This document shows, piece after piece, positions 36,317-49,600 of a DNA stretch of 55,474 nucleotides. The position numbers and the translations under genes are program-made. Under the pieces are notes generated by a model that saw nothing but the letters and a program-made list of their open reading frames with translations, had not been told where the DNA came from and did not search any database. How positions within the stretch are numbered: position 1 is the stretch's first letter; each line of letters begins with the position of its first letter. The stretch is from Octopus bimaculoides (lineage: Eukaryota): positions 26,902,091 through 26,957,564 of the forward strand of contig NC_068997.1 in NCBI RefSeq assembly GCF_001194135.2, given 5' to 3'.

Positions 36317-37838
36317 GATGATGATGAGGAGGAGGATGGGGAGGAATGATGACAATGAGGATAAGAGAAAAATAAGAATGTAATATCAGTTATTTGTAGG
36401 TGAAATTATTCTAAGATATTCTTTAATGAAACTCAAAAACATATTTGAATTTTGAAAAAATGTTTGTCATTTTTCATTCAATAAATATATATTCTATTTT
36501 TGGTAACTTTGGGAGGGGTATTGTGCCAATAAAAACATATGTACTAGCTGTGGTTCACTTCTTTATTTTTAATTAATTGAATTAACTAACAATAAAAAAA
36601 AAGTGAAGTACTACCTGTGTGTGTGTGTTTGTGTGTATTTGTTTTGAGTGATTTTCATAGGCAGAATGACATCCCCAAAGAATCTTGCAAATACAATGTC
36701 AAAATAATATATATTTGTTTTCTTCCACAAAGACAAACAAAATGTACAGATTAACAAACAAAAAGAAAATATTAAATAAATAACAACCTGTAAAAGAAAA
36801 TGAGGAATGGTTCAAGTGAGATGATGTCTGGAGTTGGTGGCATTGGGAGGAGGGTAAAGGAAAGTGATTTTTGATTTGTTTTGTTTTTTTTGTTTTGCAT
36901 TGTCAGACTCACACCTGAAAAATTACTATAAAACATGATGGATTTAAAGCAGTAACACCTACAAATGGCATTAAGATCCTGTCCAAAATTTATTTTGTGT
37001 AATTGTCAAAAATTCTGAATGTACAAACAAACATTTATTTCACACCACCAAAATTTGTAGTAGTTAGAATTAGTATTATTTATGGTACAATTTACAGATA
37101 GCTTGTTCACATTGGCTTATTTAATTGAGTTAAAGAACTCAATAACTAGATAAGGTTTATATTATTTTTATTTATTTATTTATTTTTTTTTTTTTTTTTG
37201 ATGGGCAGGAGCTGAATATTTTGACGTAAAAAAATTAAGATTTAAGCAAAATAACAACAAAAAAAAATAATTAACAATTTAAACAGTGAAAAACAAAATA
37301 AATGAAAAGCATTGTAGCTTGCTTGAAGCATTGTGATGAGGAAGTAAAATGAGTAAAGATGGAGAGCTTCCTATAATGTGGAGAAGGAATAAATTTGATA
37401 ACATTCTTATTTCAAGCACAGAGGCCCATCATCAGTAATAAATAATGAAAGAATTATCAGTCTTTTCAGACACTGATCATATTGGTAGTGGTGCAGACAG
37501 CGGTAGAGAAGAGTTGGTAGAAGTAGAAGTAGAATTGGTGGCATTCATACTCTGCAGCATCTGTGTAAGTTGTGGTAGCAGCAGCAAGTGATCAGTGATC
37601 ATAGTAGCAGTGACCAACAATACTAGTGGGGGGAGGGGGGCTGCCATGACTATTGTCACCAACTCACACACCAATGCAACTGCTATTGTCTACCACCAGC
37701 AGCTTCAGTACAGGTGGTCACTTCCACCACAACTACAACCGACCAACAGTTAGCTACATAGTATTGGCACCGCTATGACCACTGCTGTTACCATTTGGGA
37801 AACCACCTTCACTGCTTCTCTTGATGATTACTGTCACT

Positions 37839-37996
37839 TAGGGGTGGACTGAGCCATCGGTCAACCGGGCACTGCTTGAGAGCCCGGAACTCTGAGGGGC
37901 CCACACTCTACATGTTAACTCTACTAAAACACACATTCAAAGGGGCCCAGTCAGCAGTTATGCCTGAGGGCCCTTAATACTCTCAGTCTACCCCTG
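37839..37996. mobile_element. hAT-type MITE (158 bp)
   Basis: TIRs taggggtggactgag / ctcagtctacccctg (13/15 match); perfect 8-bp TSD ctgtcact at 37831-37838 and 37997-38004. Confidence 0.9.
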
Positions 37997-39325
37997 CTGT
38001 CACTGTCATCATAATCACTGATCACTCACTGCTGCTCCACCACTTACATAGACACTGAAAGTTATGGATGCTTCCGATTCCCCTTCCCCTCATACTACCA
38101 GCCCATCTATTTCTGCTGGCTTGACCACAATCAATATGGCCAGTATCTAAATAGAATGATAATTCTGTGTTTGTTTACTTCTGATAATGAGCCTTTGTGA
38201 TGAAAAGGTTATTACATTTATTCCATTTTCTGCAGTTTTGCCTTACTCATTAAACAAAATAACTATTTTAATACAACAGTAATCATTCTTTAAAAATGCA
38301 CGAGTTTTATAATTCATACTCTTTAAATCAATTAGGAAGTGAAATTTTCCACAATTTCAGAATTTCTAAAATACCTGGTGACAATATCATATTTATAAAC
38401 ATAATTTTGACTTGTCTTTAATATAAAAGATTAATCAAAAAGTTGCTTTTTGAGTTTTTTGTTTTCTTCTTTCATTAAACAGGGGCAAAAGGAGGGGGTA
38501 GATAATTGTATTTCAATAAAAGATTATTAATTGTGATATTAATCTCATCTTGAGTACTTTGGTAATTAAGATTTAATTAGACAACAAAGATGTAACAAAG
38601 ATGATACCTGAAGGCAGTGAAACAGTCTTGTAAATTCAATGTCATGTAAGTAAATATAATTATACTAATTCACAAAATGAGGTTAATAGCCTAATTAATT
38701 ATTCCCTGCCAGAAAAAAAAAGGAGAAAAATCACAGCTTTACATAAATTAAAATTCTAATAAAATTCAATGGTATAATGCTTATTATACAGTGTGATATA
38801 AAGAAACTTTAATCAGTTTTATTAATCAGTGTAATAATTATTTGCAATGGGTTAGAGTTTTCATTAACTCCATCATTAGGTTGCTACTGGTATCTACTAT
38901 CTGTTAGTATATTCCACAATTGGTTATTTAGTATTATCACATTTTATTGCAGCTCTTCAGGGATAACATATATATGTGGCAGCTCTGAACAGTTGCTGAA
39001 CCTTTTTCTGCAAGGCACACGTGGGACCTACAATAGATTACTGCCTACATATCTGTGACAGTGCACTTGCCACAATAAAAGAGTCATCTATCTAATTAGT
39101 AATGATGCATTCACTAGCACACCTGTAATCACAGCACACCTGCACACACACACACACACACACATAGTCTCTTTCTCACTCTCATTCTCTTTTCCCATTT
39201 CTATAACAGTTTGTTCCACAAAACAAATAAGCTGTATATCACATAATAAACACATCTCTTATCCTCTTTTTATATAATTGGTCAGGAGGAATAAGTTGTA
39301 TCCATGGCTTTTAAATAGTTTATTA

Positions 39326-39377
<52 letters not shown>

Positions 39378-39522
39378 AGTGGTGAACTGGCAGAATTGTT
39401 AGCATGTTAAACAAAATGTTTAGCAGTATTTCTTCCACCTCTTTACATTCTGAGTTTAAATGCCACCAAAACCGACTTTGCCTTTCCTTTCAGGAGGTAA
39501 CAACATATAGTACCAGTCAAGA

Positions 39523-40169
39523 NNNNNNNNNNNNNNNNNNNNNNNNNNNNNNNNNNNNNNNNNNNNNNNNNNNNNNNNNNNNNNNNNNNNNNNNNNNNNN
39601 NNNNNNNNNNNNNNNNNNNNNNNNNNNNNNNNNNNNNNNNNNNNNNNNNNNNNNNNNNNNNNNNNNNNNNNNNNNNNNNNNNNNNNNNNNNNNNNNNNNN
39701 NNNNNNNNNNNNNNNNNNNNNNNNNNNNNNNNNNNNNNNNNNNNNNNNNNNNNNNNNNNNNNNNNNNNNNNNNNNNNNNNNNNNNNNNNNNNNNNNNNNN
39801 NNNNNNNNNNNNNNNNNNNNNNNNNNNNNNNNNNNNNNNNNNNNNNNNNNNNNNNNNNNNNNNNNNNNNNNNNNNNNNNNNNNNNNNNNNNNNNNNNNNN
39901 NNNNNNNNNNNNNNNNNNNNNNNNNNNNNNNNNNNNNNNNNNNNNNNNNNNNNNNNNNNNNNNNNNNNNNNNNNNNNNNNNNNNNNNNNNNNNNNNNNNN
40001 NNNNNNNNNNNNNNNNNNNNNNNNNNNNNNNNNNNNNNNNNNNNNNNNNNNNNNNNNNNNNNNNNNNNNNNNNNNNNNNNNNNNNNNNNNNNNNNNNNNN
40101 NNNNNNNNNNNNNNNNNNNNNNNNNNNNNNNNNNNNNNNNNNNNNNNNNNNNNNNNNNNNNNNNNNNNN
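39523..40169. other. Assembly gap (largest of six)
   Basis: N runs at 2956-3309, 16179-16638, 27790-27958, 31690-31791, 39523-40169, 52504-52542. Confidence 1.
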
Positions 40170-40640
40170 GTTAGTTCTAGCATTATGGGGAACAAATGCT
40201 AGAAATCAGAGGTCACAGTTCCGCCTTGAAGCATGAAATTTGCTCAAGTATGTTGCTGAGGTGGGGATGACAGAGGGTGGATTTCTTCTGCAGGTGATTA
40301 TTTGCTACCAATGCCAGGCAAAAAATACAACAAAACAATAAAATAAAATAAATATCAAAATGGTATGGCTGTAAATTATTCAATACTGTTTGTCTCACCA
40401 GTTTTCATGCATTATTAAAACAAACAAACTAAGAAAAAATTTAAAAAAACAACAAAACAGTTTAATCAACAGTCATTCTATTAACATGGAATTTGAAGGT
40501 TTTATAACAATGGAATGGTTGTTTTGATTTAATAGAGAAAGTAACTGATATACGTCTTTCTTTGACCAAAGACTATGAAGAATATGAAAAGAAAAGGAAG
40601 GGAAAAAAATATGAAGAACAAGTAAAAGAAGAATGCTGCT

Positions 40641-40839
40641 TTATTTTGGGCAGCAAGGATTATCAACCATAAGAACAACATCAATACCATAATGTTCAAC
40701 AAGTTCCATGAGGAAGATACGATCACCAATAGGGTCAAGTCCCATTAATTTCATGTGGTCAGATGTCAACTGTCGATCCTGCGACGATGAAACATCTAAC
40801 AAGGTTTGGAACAAACGATTGTTTTGTTCACAAAAAAAC
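40641..40839 (-). CDS. DENND11: DENND11 terminal coding exon
   Basis: (T)[65 protein letters not shown]; ttcag acceptor; TAA at 40643-40641. Confidence 0.96.
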
Positions 40840-41843
40840 CTGAAAAATAGAAATAATAAATATATAAATAAATGAATAGATTTAAGAATTTGTCACCAGA
40901 AATTAGTAATTAAGCTCAAATACACTGAAGACTTACATAACTGTAGTCAATATTACATTACTAAGGCAGTGAGCTGGCAGAATTGTTAGCACACTGGGGA
41001 AAATACTCAGTGGCGTTTCATCCATCTTTATGTTCTGAGTTCAAATTTCACTGAAGTTAACTACCTTTTATCCTAGTACTAGTTGATCACTGGGGGCGAT
41101 GTAATCGACTGACCCCTTCCCCCAAAATTGCTGACCATGTGCCAAAATTTGAAAGCAACATTACACTTCAAGGTGGTGCCCTAGCTGTGACACAGTCCAA
41201 TGACTGAAACAAGTAAACGATAAAAAAAAAAAGACAATAATCTGATTTGGTTGTATGCCAGTTCAGTTGAAATCTTTCTTGAGAAAAACTTTAAAGCACA
41301 GCATTCCTGTCCAGAAGGAAGTAGAAGACAAAAAGGAGATAGGAGAAGAAGAGAAAGGGAAAGAGATGCCTTTTAATGGCTGAATCTGACGCATGAAAGC
41401 TGAGGTATATATAGATATATATACTTAAGTGAATCTCACATATTACTAGAAATTGCAATGAAAGCCCCAGTTTTAATTACAGTTAATTACATCAGTATCA
41501 CCCAACAATCTACTTCAATATATCCACCGTTGGACTTCTGGCTGATCAATCAATACTCTAGCTCCGTGTAGATGAGTTTTAATTGATTCACTAGAAAATT
41601 AATTAATGATCTCTGAAACTAACAGAGATGAACAAAATCAAACACACCTACCACTCATCCATACACACTCACAGACACACATCACATAAACAAATCCATC
41701 CATTCATACATACATACATACATACATCAGTGTAGCATGTAAAATAAAAGTACAAGTTCTACCGCTCTATACACCTCATTAGTTGTATATTTAAAACAAG
41801 GTAAAAACATAAAAGAAATATGCACAAATGAAGAAAAGCTTTT

Positions 41844-41883
<40 letters not shown>

Positions 41884-42023
41884 TAGTCAGCTGATACTAC
41901 TCCCCTTTTCTATGTGGGAGGCAAGGGAGGACAAAAGATATATAGTAAAGGGGTAAAGCAAAACAAAAAAACAAAAAAATCAATGTTTGCTGACTAGAAG
42001 TGGAGGATAAGCAGTCTTTCCAG

Positions 42024-42089
<66 letters not shown>

Positions 42090-43607
42090 ACAAATACACA
42101 CATAAATATATATGATTGATGAAGGATGTATACACATATTTACACATATATATGTATATTTGCATATGTGTGTGTGCGTATGTGTATATATAGGTAATTT
42201 TATTTTGTCAACACTGACTGACTGACACTACTTCACTCCCCCACCACATCATCTGTTCATCCCTCCACACCCAGTCATACCCACCACCATAACAACACCC
42301 ACCCAGCACCTACCATGTGTTTCGTTTACTACTATTTCTTTCTTAATCAGGAAGATAATCAATAAGATAAATATGGAATATATGATGGAATGAAACAAAA
42401 GAATAATAAAAATAACAATGATAATAATAATAGAACTATGATAGAAGTGCTAAGGGAATACAAGAAATAATAAAAGCTATGAGGCAGTTGGCTGATAAGA
42501 GGCTGTTACTATGGCAGCAAACACATTCTTTGACATTGGGTTTTAGTAGACAGAACAAAATGGCTTTATTAGAGAATAACAGCAGAATATGTTGTGAGTT
42601 AGGGTAGGTCACTACAGTACATCACAACAAAGACAACATAAACAATGATGATAAATAAGGTTATATAACACTATGACCATATGATTGAACTAGCTGACAA
42701 ATCTCCCTAAAATCTTACCACCTTCACTGTCTTCGCTTTGGCAACGTGTGACTTCAGGTTCAGTCCCACTGTACAATACATTGGGTATGTGTTTTCTACT
42801 TTATCCCTAGACTGACCAATGCCTTGTGAGTGAATTTGGTAGATGGAAACTGTGTAGAAGCCTGTCTTTTATATATTCTTTTATCTTTTGTTTCAGTCAT
42901 TTGATTGTGACAATGCTAGGGCACCAACTTGAAAGGTTTTAGTTGAACAAATCAATTCCAGGACTTTTTTTTAAATGTAGTACTTATTCTACTGGTCTTT
43001 TTCATCATCATCCTCATCATCATTTAACGTCCGTTTTCCATGCTGGAAACCAGTACAAGAACCCAAGAATCTAAGAACACACAAACATATACACACACTA
43101 CATTAGAGCAAATCAAATAATTGTGGTAAAAACAAGAACAAAAATAGACATTCTACATACGTTGTAAACAATTCTTCTTCATCCATTGACTGCTCCCCAA
43201 GTTCTTCTACAGAAAATAAATGTGCAGATCTATAGGAGAAAACAAAAACACTTATAATTATTACGTGTGTGTTGACATCATAAGAATTTTATAAACTTCT
43301 GAGTAAACATAAACGTTTTTCAATTTTTTTTTTTTATATTTGTTCTTGAAGCACATCACATACAGCTTTAAAGATTAGCATGTAAACATTGGGTTGAAAA
43401 TCCTTCTGGACAGAAAATTGTGAGGGCAGCCTTAAATAGAAGGAATAAATAAATGAGTAGAAATTGAACTGGTGTATTAAGGCATTATGATTCTCCCCAG
43501 CCACAACAAAATTTGTTTCAACACACAAATTCACACAAGGAATCTTGCAAACCAGATACAAAAATGAAATGTGTGTATACACACACACACACATACATAC
43601 ATACACG

Positions 43608-43639
<32 letters not shown>

Positions 43640-46600
43640 ACATTAATAAAATACAGAAAATATATATAGTATTTTATGTTACATAAAACATACATCTTTC
43701 ATCATGACTAGTTATTGAAACATTATATAATCTTGTTAATTCAAGCTATTATATGGCTCATATTCTGCAGAGAAACCTATCCCATAGTTTGATGCTCCGC
43801 ATCATACAGCAGTGGATATAGGAGTCAAGTGTGGGACCTACTACTAAGCTCAAACCTTGGTTATGCATCAGGCTTCACAATGAACAGACAGACAGACAGA
43901 CAAACAAGCATACGGATGGAATGGTGGACGGAGGGACGGACAGACAAACAGACAATGTCTACATGTGATACCACTGTGGTGGTCAGAAGCCGTGATACAA
44001 GGATGTGCTGAAGAGACATAAGAAGAATTCCAGCAACTCCACAGATACCTAAAGGCCCTGCAGCATAATGAATGGTACAGATTGCTGAAGCTTGTGATTC
44101 TAGCCAATGAGGAGAAGCAACAGAAAGAATACAAAAGAGGATATGAGAGGTGTCACTTCTTTGTTGGGTCAAATAACTTCACCTGGTGCTGATGTCATCG
44201 CTGCTGCAGGTCAAGAACAGGTCTTGTAGCCCACATGCAAGCTTGCCAGAGATGATTTCTGAACAGAACAATCAACATGGACCTACAACAGACAGCTGCT
44301 ACCACTGACTTGTGATTGCACATGCACAGATGCAAACATACACATTTTTTGCTTACTTACATATGTTTGTCTGTGAGCATACATATACATTTATACTCAA
44401 GTGAACACACATACATATATCAATGGGCATTTATACATACATGTAGATATGTTCCTGCTCACACACACACACACAGGTGTGTGTGTGAGTGTGTACATAT
44501 GCGTCTATATTTTCAAGACTATATAATCAACAATGCCGTAAATATTTGATTCTCATTCCTTCACAAAAATGATTCTCCAGCAATGTTCTCTTTCCTGACT
44601 TTTCTATCATCATTCTCTGATCAAGCCAAAAAAATACCACTGTCATCGCTGTCATCACTGGTCTTCTCCTTCACCATCATCACCACTGCCGCTGCTACTG
44701 CCACCACTATCATCATTACTGCCATCTTCACCATCATCATATTATCCTCAACTGACCATCACAATTCTAGACCTAACAATAATTGTTTTTTAATTTAGGT
44801 ACAAAAAGGTCAGTTTTAATACTCAATAACACTGATCCCAGTACGTGACTGGTACTATATTTTATTGACCCCAGAGAGGTGAAAGGAAATGATTATCTTT
44901 TATCTTTTACTTGATTCAGTCATTAGACTGCAACCATGCTGGGGCACCTTGAAGAATTTTTAGTCAAATGAATCGACCTCAGTACCTAAGCAGGATTTGA
45001 ATTCAGAATGTACAAGACTGGAAAAAATGCCTGATGTTCAAATGGTTCTGCCAAACAGTACCAGCACAATTTGTTGGCTTTACTGTTTAGCCTTAGACCA
45101 GATCTAGCAGGGCTACAGTGAAAGGCATTACAGTAGTGATATGTGGGAAATATAGCAGCAATATCTAGAAGGTTGGCTGACCATACAGGGACCACTCTCT
45201 CAGTGACAATTTTGGAAATGATGAAAAGAATAACAATAACAAAGTTGGCTGTTCAACACTAATTAACTGACCTCTGATTGTTCAATTTGGTAAATTTATC
45301 ACGATCCCCATCACTAACTTTGAGCAGTTCCTTCAAAACTGGAGAGTTGGTTGTTACGTTTTGATTATTTACATAAACATCATACAGGTGGGTTTTACTT
45401 TCAAATATCTTCTCTGTTGTACCTGACAAGAAGATAATATAATATTGAGTTGGGAAAACTCCATGGTTTGCAAGGGACTGAGCCTGGATACAGGTAATAT
45501 TCACGAGTCAGTTAAATGATTAAAAGATATTTCAATGATATAAAATAAATGTAACAGACTGATGAAATAAATTCATTATCACACTTACATGCAATATATG
45601 CAACTTCAGTTTCTAAAGTTTCAATATCAGCAATATTTACATAGAAACGAGGAATCAGCTCTCGATTCACAAGTCCCCTCATATCATGGTTACCAAGGCA
45701 ACAAGCACAATACACTGAAAAGAAGACAAATATTAATTTCAGATTTTAGCACAAGGCTAGCAATTTTAGGAAAAGGGTGAAGTCAATTACATCAACCCCA
45801 GCACTCAACTGGTACTTATTTTATTGACTCCAAAAGGATGAAAGGTAAAGTTGACCTTAGTGGAATTTGAACTCACAACAGTCAAGTCTACCTAGCTATA
45901 TGTACCACAAAATGGAATAGTTCACTGTACTATGTCCTTGACCAAGACACTTCACTGACAACACTGCAGTCTACCTAGTCATAATTAGGTAATAACACAC
46001 CACAGTGTGTTATAATTAACTGAATTATGCCCATGATCAAGACACATAACAGTTAATAAGCTGTAAGGAGGTACCATATGATATAGTTATACATACTGTC
46101 TACAATTACAATATTTACCTATCAACAGTCCAGTCTATCTAGCTGTAAGGAGACATAAGGTAAAGAAGTAAAACGAAAGATGTATTGAAATGAGTGTCTT
46201 ACCTCTATAGCAAACAACACCAATTGGAGGGGGAGAAAAAAATAATATCCTCTTCTGTAGGAGAGTGTATTTCCAGAGAATAAATATATTTTCTCCAAAG
46301 AATTTAATAAACTGAGAGAAACAACCAGCAGGATGGGTAATCTGGAAATGGATGGAAAAAAAGAAGAAAATGGAGAAAATTTAGATAAAAAAACATCACC
46401 ATCATCACTTAATGTCCATTTTTCCCACTTGCATGGGTCAGACAGAATTTGTTGAGGTAGATTTTCTACAGCTGGATGTACAAAGGTACACACACATGCT
46501 CACACACACAAACACATACATGTACAGACACACACACATATGTATGACAGGCTTCTTTCAGTTTCCATCTACCAAATCCACTCACAAAACTTTGGTAAGC

Positions 46601-49600
46601 CTAGGATATATATACACACACACACACACATGATGGGCTTCCATACAGTTTCCATTTAACAAATTCATTGACAAAGCTTTGGTCAGCCAGGAGCTATAAT
46701 AAAAACACTTGCTCAAGATGCCATGCAGTAGGATTGAACCTGAAACAACATGGTTGCAAATCAAGCTTCTCAACCATGCAGTTATGACTGAGTCAATAAA
46801 TGTAGAAATTTAAAACAAGTTGCACGAGTAAAACAGATTGGAGCAGTGTATTCAATGGACTGACCTTCATTTCAGGCAAGAATTCTCGACTGGGTGTAGA
46901 TGAGGTTGTTGACCAGGGTTGCTGAGGAGCTGGTGACATTGAACACACCTCCAGATCAGAAACAATAGCGCCACTGGAATTTTCATTTCGAGAAGGAAGT
47001 ACACCTTTCTTATCGTTGTAAAAAGCTTGCAGTTGATCATATTTGCCTGGCGTTTGAAGCTGATGCCTGGAATTGGGATAAAATAGACAATTTAAAGTTG
47101 GTGATTTATTAATTAACAGGGGAAACAACGATCAAAACATAAGTGGTTCTTTTGAGTATTCTTTTATCAGTTTTTTACTGGTTTCAGATTGTGGCCATGT
47201 TGGGGCACCATCCTCAAGTGCTTTAACTTATTACATCCACCTTTTGATACTTATGAGATGTATGTGCGTGTGTATGTATGTATGTATGTATGAGATAGAC
47301 AGACAGATAGGTAGGTAGATATGTGTCTTAGCCTTGTTCCAAAAAAGAAATTTAAAGAATTACTTCCTATTCCATAATGATGTATCTGTACCCCCTCATG
47401 CAATTAATTATAGCGAGGTGGGCTGTGCCAGTGAGAGTTAAAAGTCTTTAGCATGAACAAAATCAAGAACTCAATCCTGACTCAACAGAGATACCTTGTG
47501 TCATATACCAACAAGGAAGGGCCATTTCAAGATCCCATCATGTGCAAATATGGAAAGATCCTCACCATTATGTATCAACAGAAAGAGACCCCATCATGTA
47601 CCAAAGGAGAGGGATTGTATCATGGACTAAAAGGAAGAGACTATCACATACCAACATGGAGAACTCCTATCATGTACTAACAGGGAGAGATCCCCATCAT
47701 GTAAACAACATGAGAAGACTCCCATCAAATAGAAACAGGGAGAGACCTTACCATGAACCACTGTGTAGAGATCTTAATATAGACTATCAAACAGAGAACC
47801 TAACATGACCCATCAGAGAAGCCCTCACATTAACTAGCAGGGAGAGACTCTAATATGAACTGGCAAGCAGAACCCCTAACATGGACCAGGGGCAGAGACC
47901 ATACATAATTAGAACTAGCAAAAAGAAAACTTAACATGAACAGACAAAAAGAGACTATCATGGATCAGCAGGAAGTGCCCTCACATGAACTAGCAAGGAG
48001 AGACCCTGCCATATCAGCAAGTTATCACAACAAAAAGGGCAATATATAAACACACACATTAACTTTGTTAGATGCTATTTACATCAATTCTTTTTTTTTT
48101 ATCAATCAGCCAATGGCAAAGAAACTGTTGCAACAATACTTGAAGAAAAGCCAGAGGATAATTGAGGCCATTCCAAAAAGTATAATGAGAATTTATAGAA
48201 AATATCATTCAACAAAATAATGATAATAACAATAATAATGAAGTAAATAAGCATATCAAGATTATAGTAAACAAAATGAAACAAACATTTATTTGAAATA
48301 ATCTGTTTTATTATAAACAACAAAATTATTAAATATGTAAGTAAATGTCTCTGCTAAGTACTGAAGGACAAATGAGAGACAACTGAATCTCTTCCCTGGA
48401 TAGGGGACTGATCTATTCCCAAGTGTACAGGGTTTTGTCTCGGAACATACTGAAATGCCTGCTACATATATGGACTCATGAACTATCAGCAAGCAGTTCC
48501 AATATTGCATCCATCTTATGACACCATTGATCATCATCATCATTGTCAACGTCATTGTCGGCATTTAACATTTGTATTCCATACCGACATAAGTTGAATG
48601 GGTTGACAGGAACTGTCAAGCCTCAGAACTACATCTGGATGCTCTTAACACCAACCACATTTCCCAGAGTGTACTGGGTGTTTTTTACATGGTACCAGCA
48701 CAAGTGACTTGCAAGACAAGACCTTCTCAAATGTGTGGGGATGTAGTATTAAGAGAGGAAGCCTTGTACTAGGAGTTGAGAGGTTAAAGGAGTTGAAAGG
48801 TTAAAGGAGTTGAGAGGTTAAAGGAGTTGAGAGGTTAAAGGAGTTGAGAGGTTAGGAAGCGTGTAGTGTGGGTCACCTTGTCCTCCGTTCTGCTGCACTT
48901 GCCCTGGATGCGTGCAAGCTCATTTCTGGCATATCCTATTTTGGCACCGAGTGGAAGTGCTGAATTGTATTTATGCCCCTATAAATCTTGTTTACTTTTC
49001 AATATAAAACAAAAAACAAAATAAAACAGGACTTACCGCACTTGGGATTCAAGGAACTGCATGTGTCTGTAGAGGGAAGTATAGGTGGGAGATAGAATTC
49101 CTACTGATTTCATTCTGGCACCACGTTCAATCTCACTTTCTACTGGCATGTTCTCAAAACATGCCAGGCCATAAAGGGAATCTTTCCTAAAGTACCTGTA
49201 AAGAAAGAATAATTACATTAACAACAACAATAAAGATAATGATCATTTCTGACTATAGGCATGAGACTTCGATTTTTGGCTGGTGGTAGTGAAGTGTGTA
49301 GTCAAGTTGTCCTGAGCAAGACATTAAACTGCATCCAGTGTTGAGGCTCTACCTCAAGAGTTCAGGAGTTTTGAATGGTATAGAGTTACTCCTTAGTCAT
49401 TGTTAAGGTGCCACATATGCATTGGTGCAGGTACAGATGTCATGTAAAAAGCACTGGTGCTGGTGCCATGTAAAAAGCACTGGTGATTGGTGTCAAGTAA
49501 AAAGTACCAAATACACTCCGCAAGGTGGTTGGCATCCAGTTGTAGAAATCAAGTCAAAACAGACTATGGAATCTGGTGTGGCCCCTGTCAAGCCATCCAA

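Noticed and set aside
40640-40645. AATAAA overlapping the DENND11 stop codon
   Set aside because: Common by chance in AT-rich DNA; the polyA site cannot be assigned from sequence, and many other hexamers lie downstream.
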